In this document: positions 48,333 through 58,086 of the stretch, piece by piece
How the letters are laid out: the number at the start of each line of letters is the position of its first letter
Position numbering within the stretch: the first letter of the stretch is position 1
IMG/VR virus record: IMGVR_UViG_3300031451_000004
Span: 1-60,706 of that record
Direction: 5' to 3' (one strand)
DNA: 60,706 nt
Origin: a virus
Taxonomy: Duplodnaviria; Caudoviricetes
Position numbers and translations under genes: made by a program
The notes under the pieces: generated by a model
Database searches by the model: none
What the model was told of the DNA's origin: nothing
What the model saw: only the letters and a program-made list of their open reading frames with translations

Positions 48333-51300
48333 TTATGCCCGTTTCTGCTGCGCATACTCACGCCGAAGCGCTACGATCTCTACTTTCAATTCGTCAAATT
48401 TAGTGGACAGCGCCGCCGTCTGCGTCTTTGTGCTCTCGATGAGCGCCGAGTTAGTCAATGCATCTGAGCCAGCGTTCGCTACGCCCTGCAAAGCCGTCAA
48501 AACTGCGCTGTAATCGCTCGCATACCCCGTACCAGAGCCGTTCACAGTGCGGCTCGCACTGAGCAAGGTTTGCGCATAGCTCTGCAGCTTTTGCGCGCTA
48601 TTGAAATCGCCGGCTCCGGCTGCGCTGCTGACAGCTTGGAACTGATTTTTCGCCAAGCTGTATTGCGATTGAGCTGATAGTGGGCTGGCCGCGCCAGTCT
48701 GGATTGATTGGGCATAAGCGGTAAGCGAAGTGATCACGCCACCCACCTGCTGTTGTGCGTTGCTAAGAGCTTGCGCCTGCGCAGCACTCGCCTGCGCCGC
48801 AGCCTGCACTTGCGCCGCATTCGCCTGGTCGGCATACTTTTTGATAATTGCCAACCGCTCTTCGCCCTGGACAGTCTCAAGTTCAGAAATCCGGTTGTTG
48901 TAGTCCTGCGTTTTGTAGAACGCATCGCCATAAGTATCGACCAACTGGCGCGCGTAAGCAGTCGCCTCTTTTTGCGCCGAGCTGTCAAAGTTGAGCAGGT
49001 CCGCGTCTTTTGAATCACCCATGACAGCAGACTGTCGCGCACGGATTGAGTTAAACTTCTCCAAAGAATTGAAAATGTTATCGAACGACGTCCGCTCAGC
49101 TTGCACCGCAGCTTGGCGAGCCGCCGCAATCTGCTGTTCAGTTTGAACGACGCCACCCGCCGTCGTCCGTGCGATCTTAAGCCGTTCCGCCGATAGCGTC
49201 TGATCCAGCGTGATCGATGCCGCACCATACTCTTTTGCCGGAGGGATCAACGACCCATAGATGTCAATATACTGTTGCTTCAAAGCATCTTTCTGTTGCT
49301 GCGCCTGGATATCGAAGCTTTGCAAATCAGTTTGAGTGGTACTTTCACCTCGAGCTGTTTCACCGCGCTTGGTTATCGCGAGGTTGCTTAAAGTAAGCTT
49401 TTGCACATCCGGCGCCTGTAGTATGGCGATGGCTTTAGCTTGTGCTGCGGTCAGTCCATCGGTGGCTAGGCCGTAGCTTTGTGCTAGGGCAATCGCATCC
49501 GTGTAGGTCTTCACCAGCCCTTGAATTTGCGTCTGCAACTGGCTTGACGTGTTCGCGACCGGGTCGAGCAATGCCGGGATCGTGCCGTTTACAAACTGAT
49601 TTACCTTATTGATCTCAGCGAGGAAAGCGTCGGTATCTTTGAACGTCTGCCCTGGCAAATCGTGTGACAACGCCGTTCGGAAATCGCTGCCGGTAGGGTT
49701 ATCCACACTGGCGATTTGGATACCGTTGACGTGCTGGCCAACGCTTAACAGTTGGACGCCCAGTGCATCGAGGTTAGCCGTCAACGTCGCGATCTTCACC
49801 AAGTCTGCCTGCAGCTCTTCAGGCTTCATGTATTTGGTGCCACCGGAGTCAACGCCTAATGCCCCTGCCTCCACACGTCCGAGGTTGCTGTTCGGATTGA
49901 CCGTGCTGTCGCTTTTGAACGTCAGCGTCTGGAACAATTCTGTAACGTCTTTGGTCATGTTTTTCAAGTCGCCGACCATGCCGATACGCGAATTGTCGTT
50001 GGCGATCATGATGTGCGCAGTATCGAGGAACTTGTTGATCGAGTCGTTATAAGTTCTAACGTTGTTGAGCGTCCCCGTCACATCTTCGAGCTGTGAGGCG
50101 TGGCTCAAATCGGCCAGGTGACCGTCTCTTACGCCTTCGTCAACCTGCATGAACGGGTTCTTCGGGTGGTTAGGCAGCATCGACCCGATAAGACCTCCGA
50201 CAGCAGCACCGATAGCAGTACCAACACCGGGGATGATCGAGCCGACCAATGCGCCAGCACCAATCAAACCAGCGCCGCGATAGTCGCCTTTGGCAACGCT
50301 GCTAATGACACCGATTGCCGTGCCGATGTAGGGTAGTGCCGACGATATGCTGCTGACGGCTGTGCCGATCGTTCCCGCAGTGTCGGCGCCAATACCCAAT
50401 CCTTGGGAAATGCTTTGCGTGGCGACTTCGCCAGCGGTTGCCGGCCCGAATGCACCACCCATACCGTTTAGTGCTGCAGTCGTCGCGCTGCCTGCGTTGC
50501 CGAACATCCCTGTAGCACCGGCGGCCAAGCCACCGCTCGTTGCCAAGCCACCAATCAGCAGCTTGCCAACGTCCATCATGGCGCCAGCTCCGCTGAAACC
50601 AGAAGCCTCTGTTGCAGACGCACCCCCAAGTGATGCTGCGCCACCGGCGCCAACCGCTCCCATTACACTGTCCAGCGTTCCTCGAGTGCCGCCAAACAAG
50701 CTGTTAAGAACCGGATTGATAACAGCCAACTGCATGAGCTGTTTTATGATGCTGGCGAGCACGCCCTTGAAGACATCGCCAAAGTTGATCGTCTTGTTCG
50801 TGCCCTGGGTAAGCGCCTGGACGATGGCGTCGCCCACCGAATTGAAGGCATTGACGCCGATATTTTGGAAGTCGGTAAAGCTGTTTTGCACTTGGGTCAG
50901 TCGGTTTTGCGCCTCGACCGTAGACGCTGCCAAATTGATATAATCTTGCGCTTCTTGCGGCAGGACGTCACCGAACCGGCGATGCATCTCCTGTTCGGCT
51001 TTCATCGTCGCAATGAGCTTGTCGCGCGCATCCGAGTTCATGCCGATGCTTTGGGTTTCACCCGCGATCAAAGCGAGGTTGTCTCGGCTTCCCGCATTCT
51101 GTTGCGCGGTAGCCGCCTCTGCCGCTGTGCGCGCCTGGTCCCTATAAGCCTTAGTCAGAGTGCCCACAGCTTCCGCTTGCTGGGCCACGCTGGCTGGGAA
51201 AGCCTTCTCCGCTTCAGTCCACGCCTTTTGGCTGGCTGTAGCATTCAAGACGGCTTCGCTGCCCTTATTATAGGCCGCCGCCATTTGTGCATTATTGTTT

Positions 51301-53894
51301 TGAGTTTCGCCCATCTGGTAGGCGACGCGTTCAAGCGATTGGCTTTGCTTCGCCAAGTAATCAAGCGTTGCCTGCTGCTCTTGCACCGGACCAAAGGGCG
51401 AACCAGTCGTAAGAGCTATTTGTCGGCGCTTTTCAAGCTCTGCATTCAATCCCTGTTCGCCAGCCGTCAAGCCGGCGCTGGCAGCAAGTGCGCTTTCCTC
51501 AGCCCTGGTTGCTGCCGTCTGCGCATCAACATTCTTGTATCTCTCGGCGGTTAGCGTGCGCTGGTGCTCTTCAAGCCCTCGATACATAGCACTGGTCGTG
51601 CCGCCGCTTGCAGCCTCGGCAACCATAGCCTTGCCAGTCTTGTCGATTTCTTCGTCTAGCCTGTTATTCTTGATCTCGATGCCGTTTTTAGCCAAATCCC
51701 GCATTTCATCGTTTAGGGCTCTAGCCTCGTTGACCATGCCAGACGGAATTTTTAGACTTGCTGCAGCACTTGCGATCTTATCCGGGGCCCCTGCATCTTC
51801 CATGTATCCGCCACGCCGCAATCCGCCGCCGTATGCCAAGGCGTTATCGTTCGTGTTCAATGCGCCAGCATAGCGCGGATTATTTTGAATGAAATCGGCA
51901 TACGCCTGTCCACCTTCTGACGGTGAACTGTAAGCGCGGAACTGTGTTTTGTATGCCGAGCCGTCGGCGTGCGTGTCGCCTCGAACCGTTGTCGCGCCAG
52001 TATACCCAGCGCCAGCTTGTATGTTGCCGGGGTTGTTATCGTAAAGCGACTTACCCCAATTCGACTCAACGCCCCAGTGACCCAAAATCGTTTGGGGACT
52101 GACCCCAAGCTGTTGCCCAGCCTTGGTCGCAGCATCCAACCAATTTGCAACGAATGCCTCCTTGGATGCGGATGTAGTTGCTTGCGCCTGCCCGCCTTGC
52201 TGACCAGTATGCATCGGTCCGAGTCCAACAAGATCGCGGGCACCATTCTGCAAATTGGTTTGAAAGTCGTTTAGACCCTGCATCGCGTTTTTAAGAAGAA
52301 GTATTCCTTCCGTAATGCCTTTGATCGCATTAGCCAAATCGTTTGCAAGCCACTCAGAAAAGCTATGTCCCTTCGTAGAGCTGCTTGTAAACTGTTGCCC
52401 CAACTCTTCCCACGCCTTGGCCAGCGGAGAGACATCTTGCGCTGCACCCTTGGTTGCAGCCTCAACGGCGCCCAATAGAACAGCAAAAGCTTTGCTACGA
52501 TCGCCTGCAGTCTGGAATGCCTCGATTTGCTCCAATGTCGAAGCGTTCAGCGTCCGCATACCATTCGCAGCTAGGCTCTGCGCCGTCTTGAGCGTGTCGC
52601 TCATGCCCTCTGATAGCTTTTTGGCACCAGCGGTAGCGTCGCCGCCTAGCACCCGCCCAAGGTCCGCAGAATCGCGCGTCAAGCGTTCGAGATCGTCGGA
52701 TGTGCCAGAGAAATACTTGCTCGATTGTATGGTTTCAGCCGCCTTAGTTGCCGCTGCAACCGTTAGATTTGAGGTCGAGGCGACCTTCTGGCCTGTCGCT
52801 TCCACTACGTTGGCCAAATTGGCATAGTCGCTTTGGGTTTCGCGCAATGTAGTCCGTAGATCAGCCAGCCTGCCCTGTTGCGAATTGGCCACGACCTCCA
52901 CAGCAGCGAAAGCGGCAATAGCTGCAACTGAAAAAATGCCGAAAATGCCGCTCATTGAGGTGACGGTCGACGTAATAGTTTGGAAGATCGGCACCAGCCC
53001 ACCGCTACGCTCGGCAAGCACGAACAACGAACCACCGAACCGGGAGAAGTTGCCCTGGCTCATCTCATGGCCCAATACGAGCAATTCACGAAGCGAGCCG
53101 GCAGTGGCCAGGCTGAATTTATGGTGGCCTTCTGTCGCCTCGTTTAATGTGCCAGTCGCGGCGGAATAAACGTTTTTGCCTTGTGCGAATGCATCGTTGA
53201 CGCGGCCCGTTGCAGATGCAGCCGCAGCCGAGCTGATCGCGCCGACTTTTTGTGCCTTATCGATATCGCCTAGTGCAGTCTCATAGTCCTTCGATACACG
53301 GAAAAGCGGGTCATACTTGGCCCGTAGCTTGTCCATCTCGACGCCATAGGTAGCGATATCGGCAGCCGCCTGCTCGTAACTACGGCCTGACTTTTGAACG
53401 CCTGTAGCAGCGTTGAATGCGGCCTGTGCCTGCGTGGCTCGATCGGTTGCCGTGCCCATTGCCACCATTCGGGCGGCGGCTTGCTCTGCTGCCGTGCCAG
53501 CACCCGTCGTAGCTGCGTTGGATATGTCAGTCGAAACCTTGAGCGCGTCTAGCTTGGATCGAGCTGTATCTACAGCTGCAGATAGGTTAGCAATGGCTCG
53601 CGCGTAGTTTTCTTGTTTTGATCCGCCCGTTGCGGCGTCCGCGGCCTGGCCAGCCTGGGCAGCCGATAGATTGGTAATGAGCCGCTGTAGGTTCGCGGCA
53701 GCCTTCCCCTGGTCATCCCATTGTTTCAGGACAGCATTAGACCGGGACGCAGCGCGGGTAACAACCGTTTCGCCAGCATCTATCGCGGTGTTGTATTTCT
53801 CGACGGCAGCGGTCGCGGCAGCAGCGCCAGCGCTGGCTTGATCTTCAAACCGGGCCCGATAAACAGCCTCGCTAACTTGCTGAACCGTTGCCAT
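48333..53894 (-). CDS. Tape measure protein with an internal GH73/FlgJ-like domain
   Basis: 1853 aa and Ala-rich; LRAKYDPL; ESNWGKS...FRAYSS...NPRY...GY. Confidence 0.9.
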   Translation of the reverse strand: MATVQQVSEAVYRARFEDQASAGAAAATAAVEKYNTAIDAGETVVTRAASRSNAVLKQWDDQGKAAANLQRLITNLSAAQAGQAADAATGGSKQENYARAIANLSAAVDTARSKLDALKVSTDISNAATTGAGTAAEQAAARMVAMGTATDRATQAQAAFNAATGVQKSGRSYEQAAADIATYGVEMDKLRAKYDPLFRVSKDYETALGDIDKAQKVGAISSAAAASATGRVNDAFAQGKNVYSAATGTLNEATEGHHKFSLATAGSLRELLVLGHEMSQGNFSRFGGSLFVLAERSGGLVPIFQTITSTVTSMSGIFGIFSVAAIAAFAAVEVVANSQQGRLADLRTTLRETQSDYANLANVVEATGQKVASTSNLTVAAATKAAETIQSSKYFSGTSDDLERLTRDSADLGRVLGGDATAGAKKLSEGMSDTLKTAQSLAANGMRTLNASTLEQIEAFQTAGDRSKAFAVLLGAVEAATKGAAQDVSPLAKAWEELGQQFTSSSTKGHSFSEWLANDLANAIKGITEGILLLKNAMQGLNDFQTNLQNGARDLVGLGPMHTGQQGGQAQATTSASKEAFVANWLDAATKAGQQLGVSPQTILGHWGVESNWGKSLYDNNPGNIQAGAGYTGATTVRGDTHADGSAYKTQFRAYSSPSEGGQAYADFIQNNPRYAGALNTNDNALAYGGGLRRGGYMEDAGAPDKIASAAASLKIPSGMVNEARALNDEMRDLAKNGIEIKNNRLDEEIDKTGKAMVAEAASGGTTSAMYRGLEEHQRTLTAERYKNVDAQTAATRAEESALAASAGLTAGEQGLNAELEKRRQIALTTGSPFGPVQEQQATLDYLAKQSQSLERVAYQMGETQNNNAQMAAAYNKGSEAVLNATASQKAWTEAEKAFPASVAQQAEAVGTLTKAYRDQARTAAEAATAQQNAGSRDNLALIAGETQSIGMNSDARDKLIATMKAEQEMHRRFGDVLPQEAQDYINLAASTVEAQNRLTQVQNSFTDFQNIGVNAFNSVGDAIVQALTQGTNKTINFGDVFKGVLASIIKQLMQLAVINPVLNSLFGGTRGTLDSVMGAVGAGGAASLGGASATEASGFSGAGAMMDVGKLLIGGLATSGGLAAGATGMFGNAGSATTAALNGMGGAFGPATAGEVATQSISQGLGIGADTAGTIGTAVSSISSALPYIGTAIGVISSVAKGDYRGAGLIGAGALVGSIIPGVGTAIGAAVGGLIGSMLPNHPKNPFMQVDEGVRDGHLADLSHASQLEDVTGTLNNVRTYNDSINKFLDTAHIMIANDNSRIGMVGDLKNMTKDVTELFQTLTFKSDSTVNPNSNLGRVEAGALGVDSGGTKYMKPEELQADLVKIATLTANLDALGVQLLSVGQHVNGIQIASVDNPTGSDFRTALSHDLPGQTFKDTDAFLAEINKVNQFVNGTIPALLDPVANTSSQLQTQIQGLVKTYTDAIALAQSYGLATDGLTAAQAKAIAILQAPDVQKLTLSNLAITKRGETARGESTTQTDLQSFDIQAQQQKDALKQQYIDIYGSLIPPAKEYGAASITLDQTLSAERLKIARTTAGGVVQTEQQIAAARQAAVQAERTSFDNIFNSLEKFNSIRARQSAVMGDSKDADLLNFDSSAQKEATAYARQLVDTYGDAFYKTQDYNNRISELETVQGEERLAIIKKYADQANAAQVQAAAQASAAQAQALSNAQQQVGGVITSLTAYAQSIQTGAASPLSAQSQYSLAKNQFQAVSSAAGAGDFNSAQKLQSYAQTLLSASRTVNGSGTGYASDYSAVLTALQGVANAGSDALTNSALIESTKTQTAALSTKFDELKVEIVALRREYAQQKRA

Positions 53895-54040
53895 CCAAGC
53901 CCCTCAAAACCCGCGCGCACTTCAACATAGTCGTATGTTGTTTTTGAGGCTAGGATTTATCCAACATCGCACAAAAGCCACTTGATAAATTTTCTGATTA
54001 ATATATTGAGGTTGTGCCAAACGATTTTAAGGAGAGTGTC

Positions 54041-54358
54041 ATGCTTCGTATTATAACAGTTTTGTCGGTTGCGGCAGCAGTCGGATGCACAAAGCCCGGC
54101 CCGCGTCTCGAAACTTTCCAGGATGCGGAAAGGCTCTATTGGTCATCTGGTATGGGAGCAACCCAACGCACCAACAGCGAGCATGTGGAGGATATGATGA
54201 ATAAAAAGTTTGAAGCGCAGCGCAACGTTCAAACCACTCTTAACGGGCTCGCAAAAAGTGCCGGCAACACCGATCTGGATATAGTACAATGTCGGGCATA
54301 TGCCCTCGATACCGGCAGTTGTCTGGCAGCGAAGCGGATGCAGCGCGGGTTGAAGTAG
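54041..54358 (+). CDS. Putative lipoprotein
   Basis: AGGAG RBS; MLRIITVLSVAAAVGC lipobox. Confidence 0.7.
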   Translation: MLRIITVLSVAAAVGCTKPGPRLETFQDAERLYWSSGMGATQRTNSEHVEDMMNKKFEAQRNVQTTLNGLAKSAGNTDLDIVQCRAYALDTGSCLAAKRMQRGLK

Positions 54359-54362
54359 TTCA

Positions 54363-55235
54363 ATGCGCCAGCTCGAAAACGATTTGCGCTGGCGCATCTT
54401 CCGCAATGCAAGCGTTGCACCTTCAGTAACAGTCAGCTTGGCCTTCTTACACCCGTCCAAAGGCGTGGCGCTGGTTGATGTCATGCCAAAGGGGGCCGCT
54501 GGCGCAGCGAACATGCTACGCAATAGTTTGATCACCAGCGTTCAAGATTGGCATCCTGGCTTCTTGCCAATTCTTTATCACTGCATTGCTTCTTTCGATT
54601 TGGATGCAATCGACACATTGATCGAGCGCTCTTTTGCAGAGGAACCACCCATAATACTGGACCCGCATTGGATTGATGCTGTGGAACGAATTATCGGTGG
54701 CGAACGCATAATCTTCGAGAAAGAATTCGCGTCGTCATCTCCATCGTCACCGCGACGCGCCAGGGCGGCGATCTTGAGTGGTCTCGTGTTGTTCGCTTGC
54801 ATGATCACGGCAAAGTCTTCGGTGCCGCCTTTTGTCACGCCTGACGTTGCGCCGGTTGTGACGGCTGCACCGGAGGTCGCCACAGCAGCGCCAGAGGCTA
54901 CGCCAGAGGCCGCGCCTGTGGTGGTTCAGGCGCCGCCCGCAGCGCCGATGATGCTACCACCCAGGGCGCGCCAGGCACCAGTTCCTGAGATAGGTATTTT
55001 ACTGTTGCGCGGTAACGACATGCTGGAACAGCACGACGTTTCGGCTGCTCGACTATATTTTACGCGAGCTGCTGCGCTTGGTAGCCATCTCGCAATGACC
55101 GCGATGGGCATGACGTTCGATTTAAGGACGCTCGCGCCAATCGACGCACGATATGCAAATGCCGCCGCGGCTGCTTCTTGGTATGCCAAGGCACGAGCCG
55201 CGGACGGAGGATTTGCCGAGTCTAGCGCCAGGTGA
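54363..55235 (+). CDS. Membrane protein with a Pro/Ala linker and Sel1-like C-terminus
   Basis: TM segment ILSGLVLFACMI; DVSAARLYFTRAA...AASWYAKA. Confidence 0.65.
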   Translation: MRQLENDLRWRIFRNASVAPSVTVSLAFLHPSKGVALVDVMPKGAAGAANMLRNSLITSVQDWHPGFLPILYHCIASFDLDAIDTLIERSFAEEPPIILDPHWIDAVERIIGGERIIFEKEFASSSPSSPRRARAAILSGLVLFACMITAKSSVPPFVTPDVAPVVTAAPEVATAAPEATPEAAPVVVQAPPAAPMMLPPRARQAPVPEIGILLLRGNDMLEQHDVSAARLYFTRAAALGSHLAMTAMGMTFDLRTLAPIDARYANAAAAASWYAKARAADGGFAESSAR

Positions 55236-55596
55236 TCTCGACGCGACGGGCTCTTTCACCTTCTTTAGCCGCTTCAGTTTGCCCTTTGGCCAGCACCTGG
55301 AACAGGTCAACCGGAATGCCCCGAACCACAAGCTCTTGAAGCACGACGTTCGCTCGACGCTGCGATAACACCAGATTGCCTGCTGCTGAACCAGTGGCAT
55401 CTGCGCCGCCGCTGATAACCATTATAACAGGGTGCCCGGTGCGGAATGCCGTCGTCGCCTGGTCCAAAACCGCAATGTCTTCGACGCGAATTGACACGCT
55501 GCCAGATGCGAAATGCAAAGCCAATGGTGCAGGTCCCTGAGCTTGGCTTGTCGAAAAACTAAGAATCAACATAATTGGAATAAGGTATTTGTTCAT
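55222..55596 (-). CDS. Secreted OmpA-family (peptidoglycan-binding) protein
   Basis: Signal peptide; HFASGS, GGADATGS, NLVLSQRRA, RRVEI. Confidence 0.88.
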   Translation of the reverse strand: MNKYLIPIMLILSFSTSQAQGPAPLALHFASGSVSIRVEDIAVLDQATTAFRTGHPVIMVISGGADATGSAAGNLVLSQRRANVVLQELVVRGIPVDLFQVLAKGQTEAAKEGERARRVEITWR

Positions 55597-55667
55597 TTAA
55601 ATAATCCTAGTTGTTTAGTAGGAGCACTTGGGCTTTAGGTATGGTTGGTGTAAGCACGTCGTGCTTG

Positions 55668-55865
55668 CTAGTCATTAGAAGTGTCTACAATTGCAAGATG
55701 TTTAAGACTAAGGTCGCTCAATATGTGAGCAGTCTGCCTAATAGCAGACTCGTAACGATCCGCTCGTTCTCGCTCTTCCTGAAAACAGGATTTCATGATC
55801 GCGAAGTTGCGGCGATGGAGTTCCTGCTCAGTAATCTCGCCTGGTGTAGTCTTTGAATCACTCAT
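55668..55865 (-). CDS. Hypothetical protein
   Basis: ATG 55865 (MSDSKTTP...). Confidence 0.5.
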   Translation of the reverse strand: MSDSKTTPGEITEQELHRRNFAIMKSCFQEERERADRYESAIRQTAHILSDLSLKHLAIVDTSND

Positions 55866-55869
55866 ACTG

Positions 55870-56061
55870 CTAACACTTCCTCTTCTTGATCTTTTTTGCT
55901 TCAGTTCGCACCTTGGCGATGTACCAACCCATAATCCAAGCCGTTCTCTGAGGGCCGGGTTTATAGGGGCACGTCTCCACCGGAAAACCCTGCTCCTTTG
56001 CGCGCATGCCATCATTGCCGGGATTTATGTAGGTGATTGATGTAATGCGCTCATCGCTCAT
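55870..56061 (-). CDS. Ribosome modulation factor (Rmf)-like protein
   Basis: GMRAKEQG...CPY...RTAWIMGW. Confidence 0.65.
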   Translation of the reverse strand: MSDERITSITYINPGNDGMRAKEQGFPVETCPYKPGPQRTAWIMGWYIAKVRTEAKKIKKRKC

Positions 56062-56249
56062 AGCAGACTCCCGATCAAGGCAAGGTGTTCTATCACCGCA
56101 AGGCGTTTTCGAAGCCGATCAATCTCGGCCACTAATTGATGAACATCGAAATCCGCAATGGTTCGACCGTTCGCGAGACGCTGCCTTACGATCTCGACAG
56201 TATCGTAGGTTTCGAACCGGGTCGTTTTTGATCCGGTGCCGTCGTTCAT
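56058..56249 (-). CDS. Hypothetical protein
   Basis: LVAEIDRLR; ATGA overlaps on both sides. Confidence 0.55.
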   Translation of the reverse strand: MNDGTGSKTTRFETYDTVEIVRQRLANGRTIADFDVHQLVAEIDRLRKRLAVIEHLALIGSLL

Positions 56250-56542
56250 TTTGCCGCTCCCGTAATGGGCGGGCCCGGCAGGCGGCGCCAATGAGTTGGT
56301 TGCCAGTAAAGGCGCTGCGGGTCCATGCCGCCCTCCGATGTCCAGTAGCCGTCACGCCAGAAGCGCATGGAATACGGGACCATCCAGGAGCCAGCGGCAT
56401 TTTTCTGGATGCCCTGAATCCACTCGTCTGCACCCCGAGGAGCAGTGCTAATCGGTTGCCACCCCGGCTCAGGCTCGACAGTTCGCCATGAACCTTCACC
56501 AAAAACGTATAGCTTCGCGGTCGTTCGTGATCTGTTATCCAT
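56246..56542 (-). CDS. DUF551-like protein
   Basis: WQPISTAPR...PTHWRRLPGPP. Confidence 0.8.
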   Translation of the reverse strand: MDNRSRTTAKLYVFGEGSWRTVEPEPGWQPISTAPRGADEWIQGIQKNAAGSWMVPYSMRFWRDGYWTSEGGMDPQRLYWQPTHWRRLPGPPITGAAK

Positions 56543-57008
56543 GGCTGACAGCCTCCCAAGCGATGCGGTTCCAGCGCGCGTCGGCCAGGGCATCATGTTC
56601 GCCCTCGCCCTGCTCTGGCAGCTTCGGGTTGCCGATCACATGGGCCGTCTGTTTGATGTCCAGGCAGAACATCGGCCATCCCTTCGGTAGCTCCATCATC
56701 GTGCCATAAAGCTGGCAGAGAGCCACCCAATCGTAGTCAGCATAATAAGCCCAGAACTCGGGCTTGCTGCCGACAAAGGCTGCGACCTCCTGTGCAATGA
56801 CAGCGCGAGGTTTGACCGGCCCGCAAAGATGCGTCAGCACGTTAACCTTCACCCAGTCACTGGCCCGAGTGTGGTCGCACTCGGCGCACTCGGCGTAGTA
56901 TTCCTGCCCGTCCTGTCGCACGAGACCGATCGAGATAAGGTCAATAGTCCGGCCATCCTCGATAAACTCCGTATCGAACCATACGCGGGTCGTTTTTGGA
57001 TTGCTCAT
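56535..57008 (-). CDS. DEDD 3'-5' exoribonuclease (Rv2179c-like)
   Basis: FDTEF, LISIGLV, YDWV, HDALADA. Confidence 0.9.
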   Translation of the reverse strand: MSNPKTTRVWFDTEFIEDGRTIDLISIGLVRQDGQEYYAECAECDHTRASDWVKVNVLTHLCGPVKPRAVIAQEVAAFVGSKPEFWAYYADYDWVALCQLYGTMMELPKGWPMFCLDIKQTAHVIGNPKLPEQGEGEHDALADARWNRIAWEAVSHG

Positions 57009-57496
57009 GTGCTTGATACCTTCCTAGTTCGGCGTTTCAACGCAGCTTGGTATCGTGCTTGGTATTCCTCTCTGGTGAAACCAAGCACAGCCTTAATGGT
57101 ATTTCGGCTCACACCAGCTTCAACCAATAGCGACTTAGTCGGATGCTCTTTGGTCGACAGTTTCCACCGATCTTTAATGCGATCTACGCCAGCCTGAGAC
57201 TTTGCTTTACGCCGATTTGCCGATACCTTCGCACCACGTAGAGCAGCCCTTTCCAGGCGACTGCGCCTCCATGCCTCTTTCCAGGCTTCAAGACCGATCT
57301 CTGGCAGCACGCTGCCGCGTGCTGCCAGAGCATCTAGGACTGCCGTGAGCTGGCTATCTCGTTCAGCCAACACAGCAAGGCTTGCCACATAGACAGTCTC
57401 GTTCTGCTCTTCGCGCAACACGTCAGAAAGAGCTTCCCGCTGGCGCGCAAGGTTCCACCACTTGGATGCTTCGGAAAGGTAAGCTCGCTTGCTCAT
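57005..57496 (-). CDS. Hypothetical protein with a C-terminal HTH (resolvase-like layout)
   Basis: AGVSRNTIKAVL HTH; the N-terminus loosely echoes serine resolvases. Confidence 0.5.
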   Translation of the reverse strand: MSKRAYLSEASKWWNLARQREALSDVLREEQNETVYVASLAVLAERDSQLTAVLDALAARGSVLPEIGLEAWKEAWRRSRLERAALRGAKVSANRRKAKSQAGVDRIKDRWKLSTKEHPTKSLLVEAGVSRNTIKAVLGFTREEYQARYQAALKRRTRKVSST

Positions 57497-57503
57497 GTGA
57501 TCC

Positions 57504-57568
57504 TATATATTAAATTGCGGACATCGTGTCAAGGGTGTTGACACGTGTCATTAAGCATGACATATAAA
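57504..57568. promoter_or_regulatory. Back-to-back divergent sigma70-type promoters with TGTCA/TGACA palindromes
   Basis: TTGACA on both strands (57527-57532 minus, 57538-57543 plus), each 17 nt from a TATATA or CATATA hexamer. Confidence 0.65.
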
Positions 57569-57599
57569 GGTCATCGACACGAACCCCCAGGAGGCGAGC

Positions 57600-57818
57600 A
57601 TGACATGAGTTTCAACTGAGGACTTGGCGACCGCTGCCGAGTGGCTTGATGTGAACGAAGGCGACAATGGTGAGATGCTGTCGTGTCAGCTCGTTGCCGA
57701 TTAGCTTCATTCTGAAATCGGGCGGCGCAACAAAAATGCTGTGGTTAGGGCGGGAGCAAGGCTGCATCGCTTGCCGAAGTCTACCGTCCGCCGCGCCCCA
57801 GCCCGAGCCAGCACATAA
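57600..57818 (+). pseudogene. Small gene with two in-frame stops
   Basis: AGGAGG RBS and ATG57600; TGA at 57606 and TAG at 57702 interrupt MT*VSTEDLATAAEWL...VAD*LHSEI. Confidence 0.6.
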
Positions 57819-57837
57819 CCCCAACAGAAAGTAAGAT

Positions 57838-58086
57838 ATGGCAGACATTCGTGATCAAAAAATCGCGGCCTTGGAAAGGGTAATTGTGACTTTCAGCACT
57901 ACGGAGCAAAGTGTTCGCAATGCCGACTTGGCAGCTAAAACCTTAGCTGACTTGCTAGATCCTACAATGAACGAAGTAGAGCAAGATGCAGTATGGCTTT
58001 TGCTGCGATACGCAAAGCGTAAAAAGGCAGAGGCTACGCAAAAACTCGCTGCTGCTTCTGCGAATTTGCCGGAAACAGATCAGTAA
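57838..58086 (+). CDS. Hypothetical protein
   Basis: Helical 82-aa ORF. Confidence 0.55.
   Translation: MADIRDQKIAALERVIVTFSTTEQSVRNADLAAKTLADLLDPTMNEVEQDAVWLLLRYAKRKKAEATQKLAAASANLPETDQ

Noticed and set aside
57600-57818. Stop-codon reassignment
   Set aside because: The two stops differ (TGA and TAG), and both are used as normal terminators elsewhere in the genome.
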